Part shown: piece after piece, positions 41,207 through 49,891 of the stretch
Position numbering within the stretch: the stretch's first letter is position 1
How the letters are laid out: every line of letters starts with the position of its first letter
Assembly: GCA_049517435.1 (NCBI GenBank)
Contig: JBEKRZ010000003.1
Span: 82,865-146,864 of the forward strand
Direction: 5' to 3'
Origin: Smithella sp.
Lineage (GTDB): Bacteria; Desulfobacterota; Syntrophia; Syntrophales; Smithellaceae
Length of the DNA: 64,000 nt
Notes under the pieces: model-generated
What the model saw: the letters and a program-made list of their open reading frames with translations, nothing else
Database searches by the model: none
Told to the model about the DNA's origin: nothing
Program-made: the position numbers and the translations under genes

Positions 41207-41575
41207 ATGAAATCTCAAAGATGTTTTTTTGCGCTTATTGTCTTTTTTGTGATGTCGGCCTTGATTTTCACTTTCACATCTTCCTTTGCAGACCAGCCGG
41301 AACAGGTGATCAAGATTATGGCCAAGAAGTTCGAATATACTCCAAATGAGATCAGGGTAAAAAAAGGTGTGCCGGTGGTTCTGGAGCTGACGTCATTGGA
41401 TAGACTTCACGGATTTAATTGTCCGGAATTGGGTATTCGCTCCGATATCAATCCCGGCAAGATCGCCAGGGTGCGCTTCACCCCACCGCGTAGCGGTACT
41501 TTTGTGTTCTTCTGCGACATCTTTTGTGGTGAAGGACACGAAGATATGAGCGGAAAGATAATTGTGGAAAAATAA
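41207..41575 (+). CDS. Cupredoxin (CuA-like) domain protein
   Basis: Signal peptide; DRLHGF, CDIFCGEGHEDM. Confidence 0.85.
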   Translation: MKSQRCFFALIVFFVMSALIFTFTSSFADQPEQVIKIMAKKFEYTPNEIRVKKGVPVVLELTSLDRLHGFNCPELGIRSDINPGKIARVRFTPPRSGTFVFFCDIFCGEGHEDMSGKIIVEK

Positions 41576-41682
41576 ACTGCGGGAAGATTACTTGAGCATG
41601 GCAATGCCGATTTCGCGGCTTTCCCTGACCAAATTACTGAAAGTGTTGCCGTAAATAACCGCTAGATGGCTATCTTCAAGAG

Positions 41683-41724
41683 CACGCGCAGGGCGATACG
41701 ATGTTAATCCGCGTGGATAAAAAA
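41683..41724 (+). repeat. Duplicate of thiolase 3' tail (40026-40067)
   Basis: CACGCGCAGGGCGATACGATGTTAATCCGCGTGGATAA vs CATGCGCAGGGCGATGCGATGTTAATCCGCGTAGATTA. Confidence 0.8.
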
Positions 41725-41909
41725 TAAAGGATTATTGGGCAACGAGCCTTCAATGCGCTTATGAACTCGCTTGTTTCCTTTTAGTTTAACATTTTCTTTA
41801 CAGCATCCGCAGCGGCTTAGCTCTTTTTTCATAGCGGCCGACACTTGCAGGGTGGTGATCAAACCATAACTAGGTATGATGCTGTAAAAAAATTAAATGG
41901 CTGGAATCT

Positions 41910-42806
41910 TCACCGCCGCTGATCGCGCCGCTGATACGACGACATAAGTTCCGCGCAAAACAAAAAAATCAAGGCGACATAAAATGCCCAGATAACCAGG
42001 ATAACAATTGTTCCCAAAGAACCAAAAATTATATTATAACGGGTATAGTTGGTTATATACCAGGTGAATAATTGTTTGGCGATTTCCATAAGCAGTGCAA
42101 AGAGCGCGCTGCCGGCCAAGGCAACAGTAGAACGAATTTTGTCTGCGGGGATAATCCGATAAACGAAATAAAAGAAAATTACCGTGATTAAATAAGGAAC
42201 AGCATACTGCAGCAGCGCTCCCGACATGACGCCAAGAGAAATATCAAGCCCTTCGGCTATTTCCACGGATTGCTTCACCAGCAAAGCTGCCGCATAGCTG
42301 ATTACCAAACTGACGCTGCCTATAATCCATCCGGCCGGAATCATCGAGAACGCTAACAGTTTGGAAATAAAATAATTCCGTTTTTTCCGGGAACGAAAAA
42401 TAATATTCAGCGCCGTTTCCATGGAATTAAAAATCATGGACGAAAGACCTACCAGTCCCAGCACACCCGCCCAGCCCAGCAAATGTTTTTTTCTTCCAAT
42501 TTGCCCCAACTGGGCCAGAAGCCTTTCGGAGAAGTAAGGGTTAAATCCCCTGATGGCGTCTATTATATTTTCTGAAACATTAGGATATGAACTGAAGAAA
42601 TATCCCGCGACAATAATCGTCAGAATAAAAAGAGGAATCGTCGAAAGGATTGAATAGAAGGCCATTGCCGCCGCTTGATTGGCATCGCCATTGCTTTTGT
42701 AATTTCTTACCGCGTCGGCTAAAGTAGCCCAAACGCCGGCGACTTTCATTCTAAACGATTTGGAATTCCGAGCGTGTAATGATTTATTAGCCTTCTCTCT
42801 AACCAT
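41910..42806 (-). CDS. YihY/virulence factor BrkB family membrane protein
   Basis: AAAMAFYSILS..P, YNIIFGSLG, LFCAEL. Confidence 0.85.
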   Translation of the reverse strand: MVREKANKSLHARNSKSFRMKVAGVWATLADAVRNYKSNGDANQAAAMAFYSILSTIPLFILTIIVAGYFFSSYPNVSENIIDAIRGFNPYFSERLLAQLGQIGRKKHLLGWAGVLGLVGLSSMIFNSMETALNIIFRSRKKRNYFISKLLAFSMIPAGWIIGSVSLVISYAAALLVKQSVEIAEGLDISLGVMSGALLQYAVPYLITVIFFYFVYRIIPADKIRSTVALAGSALFALLMEIAKQLFTWYITNYTRYNIIFGSLGTIVILVIWAFYVALIFLFCAELMSSYQRRDQRR

Positions 42807-43063
42807 AAAAATAGTCCGATAATTTTTAATGAGACTTAATTTTTATAATCCCGCAGTATTGCGGGAGCAGCAAAAATTTTTAGTCCCGATGCGGCATCGG
42901 GATACCAAAGCGTATAGGGATAAAATCAACTTGGCATAAGATTAAATTCCAAATAGGGTCTTGGGTCTTGTCCAAGGGTAAAACACTTTTATAATATTAC
43001 CAAACACCGTACAATTTGTAAAATTTTATTGCAATGGTTTGATTACTGCGCTAATTTACTTTT

Positions 43064-44698
43064 ATGCGCGCATTTCGTTATTTATTTTTTTTATCTCTGA
43101 TCATCATATCTTTAACTGCCTGCGATAAAAAGCCCGCGGCAGATAAGGCACAACCTTTATCAGCCAAACAACCTGCTTATGGCGATATACTCGTCAGGGG
43201 CGAAATCGGCGATGCCAGCAACCTGATACCGCTTCTAGCTTCCGATTCGGCTTCCCACGAAATTGCCGGCATGGTTTACAACGGCCTCGTGAAATACGAC
43301 AAGGATATGAACATTGTCGGCAATTTAGCGGAATCATGGGATATAACTGCAAAAGGTTTGGTCATTACTTTTCATTTGCGCAAAGGCGTGAAATGGCACG
43401 ACGGCCAGCCGTTTACCGCCGCCGATGTTCTCTATACTTATCAGGTTACCGTTGACCCGAAAACGCCCACAGCTTACGCGGAAGACTTTAGAGCGGTAAA
43501 AAAAGCGGAGGTGCTTGACGATTACACTTTCCGGGTGACTTACGATAAACCTTTTGCCCCTGCCCTGATCAGTTGGAGCAGTTCCATCCTGCCCCGGCAT
43601 TTGCTTTCGGGTACGGATATTACCCAAAGCCTGCTTAAACGCCATCCCATCGGCACAGGACCTTACAAATTCAAGGAATGGGTGGCCGGACAAAAGATCG
43701 TTCTTGTTTCCAATCCCGATTACTTTGAAGGACGTCCCTATATTGATGGACAGATCACGCGAATTATTCCCGACACCGCCACCATGTTTTTGGAATTGCG
43801 CGCCCAGAACCTCGGTATGATGGGCCTGACACCCCTGCAATACACACGGCAGACGGAAAACAACTTGTTTAAAAATAATTTTAATAAATACCGATATCTC
43901 AGTTTTGCGTACACCTACCTTGGTTACAATCTGAAAAATCCGCTTTTCACCGACAAGAGAGTGCGGCAGGCAATTTCGTATGCCATTAACAAAGATGAAA
44001 TTATCAGCGGCGTACTGCTGGGACTGGGCAAACCGGCAACCGGCCCTTACAAGCCGGGCAGCTGGGCTTACAATGATAAAGTTCAAAACTACAATTACAA
44101 TCCGCAAAAGGCCCGCGAACTTCTACGCGAAGCAGGCTGGACAAAATTAAATAGCGATGGCGTTCTGGAAAAATACGGCAAGCCCTTTGTTTTTGAAATA
44201 GTCACCAATCAGGGCAATGAGACGCGGCAGAAATGCGCGGAAATCATTCAGCGGCAGCTCAAGGATATCGGCATCACGGTAAAAATACGAATTCTGGAAT
44301 GGTCGGCATTTGTGACAAACTTTATCAACAAACGCCGTTTTGACGCGGTGATTCTCGGCTGGACTATTCCGCTTGATCCTGATGCTTATGATGTCTGGCA
44401 CTCCAGCAAAACAAAGCCGGAAGAACTGAACTTTATTTCCTACAATAATCCGGAAGCGGACGAAATGCTGGTAAAAGGACGCAGCACCTTCGACCAGAAC
44501 CAAAGAAAAAAATATTACGACCGCTTTCAGGAAATCCTCGCGGAAGACCAACCCTATACTTTTCTCTACGTACCCGAAGCCCTGATAATCACCCACAACC
44601 GTTTCCGGGGCATCCAACCCGCGCCCATCGGTCTGGAATACAATTTCATCAAGTGGTACGTTCCCAAAGATGAACAAAAATACACCATGACCAGATAA
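43064..44698 (+). CDS. Peptide/nickel ABC transporter substrate-binding lipoprotein (OppA/AppA-like)
   Basis: Lipobox LTAC; LAESW, LRKGVKWHDG, PIGTGPYK, VRQAI. Confidence 0.92.
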   Translation: MRAFRYLFFLSLIIISLTACDKKPAADKAQPLSAKQPAYGDILVRGEIGDASNLIPLLASDSASHEIAGMVYNGLVKYDKDMNIVGNLAESWDITAKGLVITFHLRKGVKWHDGQPFTAADVLYTYQVTVDPKTPTAYAEDFRAVKKAEVLDDYTFRVTYDKPFAPALISWSSSILPRHLLSGTDITQSLLKRHPIGTGPYKFKEWVAGQKIVLVSNPDYFEGRPYIDGQITRIIPDTATMFLELRAQNLGMMGLTPLQYTRQTENNLFKNNFNKYRYLSFAYTYLGYNLKNPLFTDKRVRQAISYAINKDEIISGVLLGLGKPATGPYKPGSWAYNDKVQNYNYNPQKARELLREAGWTKLNSDGVLEKYGKPFVFEIVTNQGNETRQKCAEIIQRQLKDIGITVKIRILEWSAFVTNFINKRRFDAVILGWTIPLDPDAYDVWHSSKTKPEELNFISYNNPEADEMLVKGRSTFDQNQRKKYYDRFQEILAEDQPYTFLYVPEALIITHNRFRGIQPAPIGLEYNFIKWYVPKDEQKYTMTR

Positions 44699-44951
44699 GA
44701 GCTTTCAACTATTTCCGTAACATAAAAATGACATGATATGTAGAAACTTAAAAAACGTTGCAAATGAAATGTCAATGATTTATAAATCTACATCCTTAAT
44801 TTATTTAGCATACTCACATTAGTTAATAGATTATTCATTGGATAGACAGGGCATAAATTGTTTTGCGTAGAACCACGGCAGTTTTTATGAATTGTAGATC
44901 TATTAAGAAACGCTAGAATAACTTGTTTGGCATAGGCTGATAATAAAAACA

Positions 44952-45362
44952 ATGTTAACAAACTCATATCTTATAGCATTAGGGATACCATTAATACTGC
45001 TCCTGTGTGGAGCATTAGCCAAAAAAATAGTACGTGGTGGAGGTTGGAAATACTCGGATTTCTTTCTTGGTGTTGAGCTGACTTTGGCTGCGCTCGGTTC
45101 AGCTATGGTATTCTTCTATGATTTACAAAAGCTTGGTAATAGCGCAACGGCAAGTAGTATCTCTTTAGCCGATAAGATGGCTGCAACGGCATCTTTTCTA
45201 ATAATTGCATTTTTCTTACTACTTTGGGTGCTTTCAACACACCAAGATTGGGAGGGGCAAACACAAAATCCTAGAAGGCAAATTATGTGGTTAGGTTTAA
45301 TCTGCAATGCCATAGGTATCGCGCTTTTCGCAGCATTTGTAATGCTAGTAAAGGGTATTTAA
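44952..45362 (+). CDS. Hypothetical 4-TM membrane protein
   Basis: 136 aa, four hydrophobic segments, AT-rich, stop 1 nt before the TIR gene. Confidence 0.7.
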   Translation: MLTNSYLIALGIPLILLLCGALAKKIVRGGGWKYSDFFLGVELTLAALGSAMVFFYDLQKLGNSATASSISLADKMAATASFLIIAFFLLLWVLSTHQDWEGQTQNPRRQIMWLGLICNAIGIALFAAFVMLVKGI

Positions 45363-45363
45363 T

Positions 45364-45981
45364 ATGATGGATGACAAATTGAAGATCTTAATTAAAGACT
45401 TACTTAATATTGTTACTGTTGTTATTGCTGTTGGAGCACTTTCCTGGTCAATGTTCTCCGTAGAAAAATTTTCGGATAGACCTCATCTTTTGATAATTAT
45501 TTCTATAGCAGCCTCTGCCTACGCAGCAATTTTTTCTGTTTACTTGTCGCGTAAACGTGAGCGACGATTACGCCTGCGCCGCATTTTCATAATTTATAGT
45601 AATAAAGACCGGGAAACAGCGACCAAGATTGTGAAGCATTTACGCGATCTGGGTTACAATCCTTGGTTTGATGTAGATGAAATCTCTCCAGGTCAGAAGT
45701 GGGCTCAATCAGTAATGAAAGGAATATCAGAGAGTGCTGTGGCTCTGTTGCTAGTCTCCAAAAATCTCAATTTAGAAAAGAACTTTGCTTCAAAAGAGCT
45801 TGAGACAGCAATGTCTGTTATGAGATCGCGAAACGAATTGTTTAGTCCCATAATTCCAGTGCGGCTGGATGATTCGGAAGTCCCTAGAGATTTAAGTGAC
45901 GTCAACTGGGTTGATCTCCAAAGCAAAGATGGATTTGAACAACTTGAAAGAGGACTGAAAAGTGTTCTCGGCCAAGCTTAA
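45364..45981 (+). CDS. Membrane-anchored TIR-domain protein
   Basis: Two N-terminal TMs; IFIIYSNKD, PWFD..EISPG, KELE, IIPVRLD TIR_2-type boxes. Confidence 0.85.
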   Translation: MMDDKLKILIKDLLNIVTVVIAVGALSWSMFSVEKFSDRPHLLIIISIAASAYAAIFSVYLSRKRERRLRLRRIFIIYSNKDRETATKIVKHLRDLGYNPWFDVDEISPGQKWAQSVMKGISESAVALLLVSKNLNLEKNFASKELETAMSVMRSRNELFSPIIPVRLDDSEVPRDLSDVNWVDLQSKDGFEQLERGLKSVLGQA

Positions 45982-46033
45982 TCGGCGCATCCAGACGGAC
46001 GCGAACTAGCGCCGCTGATATCCGGCGTTGAGG
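45976..46033 (+). other. Degenerate attC site
   Basis: GCTTAAT (overlaps stop)-N5-CATCCAG...GCTGATA-N6-GTTGAGG. Confidence 0.6.
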
Positions 46034-46107
46034 CAGTCACAAAAGCAAATAAAGGGGTCAGGTCTGCCTTTGACTTTTGAAAAATAATGGCCGCCGGAGG
46101 AAAAATT

Positions 46108-46241
46108 ATACCATCTCTAAATCAAAGATGATATTGAGGCGGCTAGGCGTATTATACATACGTTGAGGAAACCGACAACGACCCAGGCATGCGCTGGGCT
46201 GCGCTGCCAACAAAAATAGCGTTTTGATTTAGAGATGGTAT
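46108..46241. mobile_element. Family A MITE
   Basis: TIRs ATACCATCTCTAAATCAAA / TTTGATTTAGAGATGGTAT with a compensatory change; ~23-bp hairpin insert. Confidence 0.85.
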
Positions 46242-46247
46242 TAACAT

Positions 46248-46901
46248 ATGAAAAATGGATTCTCCATAGCCTTAGTATGGTGCGGTGGTATTGGGATCAT
46301 CCTTCTTACCATCGTAATTATTCTATCATGGGAAAAGTGGCGAAAGCGTGCAATCATCGAGGCGGGGAAATCGTTGGGATTCCACCACTTGGCAGAAGGA
46401 GAAATATTGCCGGTCGTCTTGGTTCCGCTGATCAACCCTACCCAAAATAAATATTTTGTAATTCTGCGGGGAGAGATTAACGGATATGAGGCGGGATTTT
46501 TCGATCTTTTCATCGGGGCGGGGAAAAACTGGTTTTATCAATCCACGGTGATCGTGAAGAACCCGCAGGTAATGATGCCGAAGTTCCAATTGAAATCGTC
46601 CGACTGGTCGCACACGATCAGCCAGCGCACCTGCGGAGACGCATTGAAGATTCCGGGGCGTGAGAAAGATCTGGGCTCGCTTAGGTTATCCGCGGAAGAT
46701 CCTCAATGGGCACTGCAAACATTTTCCGGAGCTAATCCTCAATTTTTCCAGAAGCTGCAAAAAGGAAAATGGACCATCGAAGGCTTTCAGCATTCACTGG
46801 TAATCTATCGCTGGGGTCAAACAATTTCACCACGGAAACTTCAGGAATATGTAAATCAGGCGGCAGAGGTCGCGACGGAAATGTATTCGCTCTGTTCCTG
46901 A
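46248..46901 (+). CDS. Hypothetical protein with N-terminal TM anchor
   Basis: 217-aa ORF tightly bracketed by two family A elements. Confidence 0.65.
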   Translation: MKNGFSIALVWCGGIGIILLTIVIILSWEKWRKRAIIEAGKSLGFHHLAEGEILPVVLVPLINPTQNKYFVILRGEINGYEAGFFDLFIGAGKNWFYQSTVIVKNPQVMMPKFQLKSSDWSHTISQRTCGDALKIPGREKDLGSLRLSAEDPQWALQTFSGANPQFFQKLQKGKWTIEGFQHSLVIYRWGQTISPRKLQEYVNQAAEVATEMYSLCS

Positions 46902-46908
46902 TACCTTT

Positions 46909-47295
46909 ATACCATCTCGCTTGTAAGTTACCACCTTTCAGGCGGTAATTACCGGTAAGGTAAATTTTTAATTTGCTATGCGCTCCCATGTGGGATGCGC
47001 TCCCGGTCTTCGGCTAACTTTGTTAGCTGTGTCGTCGGTTTCCTCAACGTATAACCTGAAGGTCACACGTTAGTAGCGTTAGTAATACGCCTGCGGAGCC
47101 TCTTCCTTGCCCCACTGAAGTGGGACAGTTCAACTAACGAATTACAGTTTACTGCGTAACTGTAATTCGAGTTTCACTGCCGCCGCGTTATCCTTTGACC
47201 GGGTGCGCAACCAGTGGGCGCGCAATAAAAATAGAACTTTTTACCCTACCGGGAAGTGACGCCGAACAGGCAGCAGCTTCAAATCGAAATGGTAT
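46909..47295. mobile_element. Expanded family A MITE with symmetric arm insertions and a nested family C element
   Basis: Same ends and body as 34716-34838; extra ~84-bp blocks at ~46924-47007 and ~47199-47281 are inverted homologs; C element 47110-47178. Confidence 0.8.
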
Positions 47296-47299
47296 AATA

Positions 47300-47342
47300 A
47301 TTACCCACAATCGTTTCCGGGGCATTGAATCCGCTTCCATCG
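47300..47342 (+). repeat. Partial copy of the oppA-like 3' tail
   Basis: ATTACCCACAATCGTTTCCGGGGCATTGAATCCGCTTCCATCG matches 44588-44630 and 56797-56839. Confidence 0.75.
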
Positions 47343-47349
47343 AATAGCA

Positions 47350-47545
47350 AAGAGGTCGGGTCTGCCTCTGACTGCTGAGTACCGGGCTGCTGCCGCCCAG
47401 GAGCCGCAGCACCTTGACGTCGCGCATGATCTTCTCCACATAATAGTCGTGAATATAGCCGTAGCCGCCATGAATCTCCATGGCATCGAGTGCGATCTTC
47501 AGGGCGGCGTCGGTGCAGAAGACCTTGGCTGCACGGCCGTCGAGA
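47350..47545 (-). pseudogene. C-terminal fragment of an acyl-CoA dehydrogenase
   Basis: AAKVFCTDAALKIALDAMEIHGGYGYIHDYYVEKIMRDVK signature with no N-terminal part. Confidence 0.75.
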
Positions 47546-47784
47546 CGGGGTATCGGCTGTCCATCATCCTCGCGCGCAAACGCCCTCCTATAAACATAAG
47601 GACCAAGACTTCCTTGACATACAAGACCTGACTTCCTGCAGTTCAAGAACGAATAAACGATGTCTTATCAGAGATTTATTATAAAGAGGCCGCCTGAACG
47701 TTTTTTCTTGACAAATATTAGTTTTTAATATTAGTCATCAGACATGACGCGTCGGTTCCATAAAATACACAAAGGGGTGATATT

Positions 47785-48171
47785 ATGAAACTTTGGTCAA
47801 GAGGTTTGGGGAAACAAGAGATTCTCATGGATTTCAGGTATTGCAAAACCTTGAAGGATTCTGAAACGGGGAACATGCTCATCATAGGAAACATGCAAAG
47901 CCCGGTCACATGGGAGTTTAAAATTACATTTCATCCGGAAGATATCGGCGGCATCATGAAGGCTATTTTTTGCCCTTCCATGCTTTTTTTTGCCATTAAA
48001 AATTTACCCCAGTATTTGATCTATCTTATGAACAGGAATAAATTTAAACATGAAGGAAATCTCGTAGAAAAAGTTAACGCCGCGTATGAACAGTGCATGA
48101 CCGGCGGCAGGGTATATCACCGTGAGCCAGGGTCACTTTCTTCAAGCGCGGCTTTAGTGAAGGAGGTGTAA
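47785..48171 (+). CDS. Hypothetical protein, first gene of the flavoprotein operon
   Basis: 128 aa with RBS AAGGGG; stop 2 nt before the next start. Confidence 0.7.
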   Translation: MKLWSRGLGKQEILMDFRYCKTLKDSETGNMLIIGNMQSPVTWEFKITFHPEDIGGIMKAIFCPSMLFFAIKNLPQYLIYLMNRNKFKHEGNLVEKVNAAYEQCMTGGRVYHREPGSLSSSAALVKEV

Positions 48172-48173
48172 AC

Positions 48174-49889
48174 ATGCCCGATTATGATGTTATCGTTATA
48201 GGAGGCGGCATCAACGGCCTGTGTTGTTCCGCCTACCTGGGAAAGGCAGGCCTGAAGACCCTCGTCCTTGAAGCCAGAGGCGAATGCGGGGCCCATTGCG
48301 ACACCAGCGAACCGGGCATTCCGGGATTCCTTTATAATCTTCACGCGACAATGCTTGCCACCGGTTTCGGACCGCCTATGCAGGATCTGGAACTGGAAAA
48401 ATATGGACTTGAACTGAGGAACACATCCTATGTCTGGGGCAAGCCGTTTCTCGATGGCACCAATGCCCTCATCGCCTCCAACCCCTATGACACCATGGAA
48501 AACTGGGGAAAGTATTCTAAACAGGACCGTGCCCTTTTAGAAAATGCGCTGGATTTTCTGTACCCGCAGATGCTGGAGTTTACCGATATTGTACATCGGT
48601 TCATGTACACGGCCCCCACAGCCCAGACCATGCAGGATTTTTCCGATTTTATGGGACGCTTCTTCAAGCATCTGGGCAAAAATATGACCGGCGAGCAATT
48701 CATGAAAATGAACGGCTTTGAGGTCATGGATGCCATGTTTGAATCGGACCACATCAAGACTATGGTGCAGGCCATGGAATGGATCATTGGGTTTCCGCCC
48801 ATACATCCACAGATCGGCGCGATCGGTTCCCTGCTGGGGCTGCTTTCAGGATCCTTCTTCCCGCTCACCACGGCTAAGGGGGGCTCCCATGCTGTGACTC
48901 ATGCCCTCATCCAGGCGAACGTGGACAACGGTGTCAAGATCATGACCTGCTGCCCGGTGAAGAAGATCATCATGAAAAACGGGGAAGCGCAGGGGGTGAT
49001 ACTCCACGAAGACTCCATTTATCCCAACCAGGAAATCACGGCAGAGAAGATCGTCAGCAATATAACCGTTGTGCCAACATTCATCAACCTTATCGGTGAA
49101 GATCATATTTCCGACAAGAATCTGGTTAAAAGAATAAAGAACTTCAATTACCATGAGCAGACAATATTCACGGTACACTATGCCCTGAGCGGTCCGCCAC
49201 AATGGAGAACGGCCGATTATGATGAAGGCATCATGCGTTCATGGATGGGATATTTCGGCGGCGAAACCACCGACGAGATGAAAAAGTACTCACAGGCGAT
49301 CATCGACCAGGAGATCTACCCGGAAATATACGCGAACTGGTACCTTCCCACCCTTGCCGATCCTACTCAGGCCCCGAAAGGGTGCCATGTAACCCAGGCG
49401 TGGATTGACATACCGGGGGAACCCCTGAAATGGAAGCATGGGCAGCTCGGAGGCAAGAATTCGTTTCTGGATATTAAAAACGTCCTGGCCGACCAGATTA
49501 CCGATGCCTATGAACGCTACGCACCTGGTTTCAAAAAGCAGATTCTGAACCGCTACATCTATTCACCCCTTGAGCAGGAACGGAACAATCCCTCGGCGAT
49601 TCAGGGATGCTGGGCGGGCGGCAGCGTTATCCCGGAACAGTTCTACGACAAGCGACCTGTTGCCGGCGTGTGCGTCGGCGGCGGGTCTAGAACCTTCATG
49701 AAGAACCTTTACCTGTCCAATTCAATTCATCCCTTCGGAATTACGCCGCTGGGTTCAGGATACATCGCCGCCTGCGAGGTTGCCGAAGACATGGGTGTAC
49801 GCGAGCAGGGGTGGTGGACCAGCAAGGCGACCCACTGGTATCTTGAGAACGCCGCCAATATTCCACTCGATCTCGGTGTAGGGAGGTAA
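48174..49889 (+). CDS. Phytoene dehydrogenase-like FAD oxidoreductase (COG1233-like)
   Basis: YDVIVIGGGINGL Rossmann motif, LEARGECGAHCDT, KGGSHA, YSPLE, NLYL. Confidence 0.8.
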   Translation: MPDYDVIVIGGGINGLCCSAYLGKAGLKTLVLEARGECGAHCDTSEPGIPGFLYNLHATMLATGFGPPMQDLELEKYGLELRNTSYVWGKPFLDGTNALIASNPYDTMENWGKYSKQDRALLENALDFLYPQMLEFTDIVHRFMYTAPTAQTMQDFSDFMGRFFKHLGKNMTGEQFMKMNGFEVMDAMFESDHIKTMVQAMEWIIGFPPIHPQIGAIGSLLGLLSGSFFPLTTAKGGSHAVTHALIQANVDNGVKIMTCCPVKKIIMKNGEAQGVILHEDSIYPNQEITAEKIVSNITVVPTFINLIGEDHISDKNLVKRIKNFNYHEQTIFTVHYALSGPPQWRTADYDEGIMRSWMGYFGGETTDEMKKYSQAIIDQEIYPEIYANWYLPTLADPTQAPKGCHVTQAWIDIPGEPLKWKHGQLGGKNSFLDIKNVLADQITDAYERYAPGFKKQILNRYIYSPLEQERNNPSAIQGCWAGGSVIPEQFYDKRPVAGVCVGGGSRTFMKNLYLSNSIHPFGITPLGSGYIAACEVAEDMGVREQGWWTSKATHWYLENAANIPLDLGVGR

Positions 49890-49891
49890 TT

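Noticed and set aside
42847-42905. Mini-palindromes TCCCG-N6-8-CGGGA
   Set aside because: Probably another small repeat family (compare 37289 and 63666), but too short to delimit confidently as a separate element.
36454-44677. Long antisense ORFs (36454-37149, 43334-44107, 44147-44677; likewise 50591-51262)
   Set aside because: Shadow frames opposite well-supported genes, with no motifs.
47188-47646. 152-aa ORF as a functional gene
   Set aside because: Chimera of an acyl-CoA dehydrogenase fragment, the antisense oppA tail and MITE sequence.
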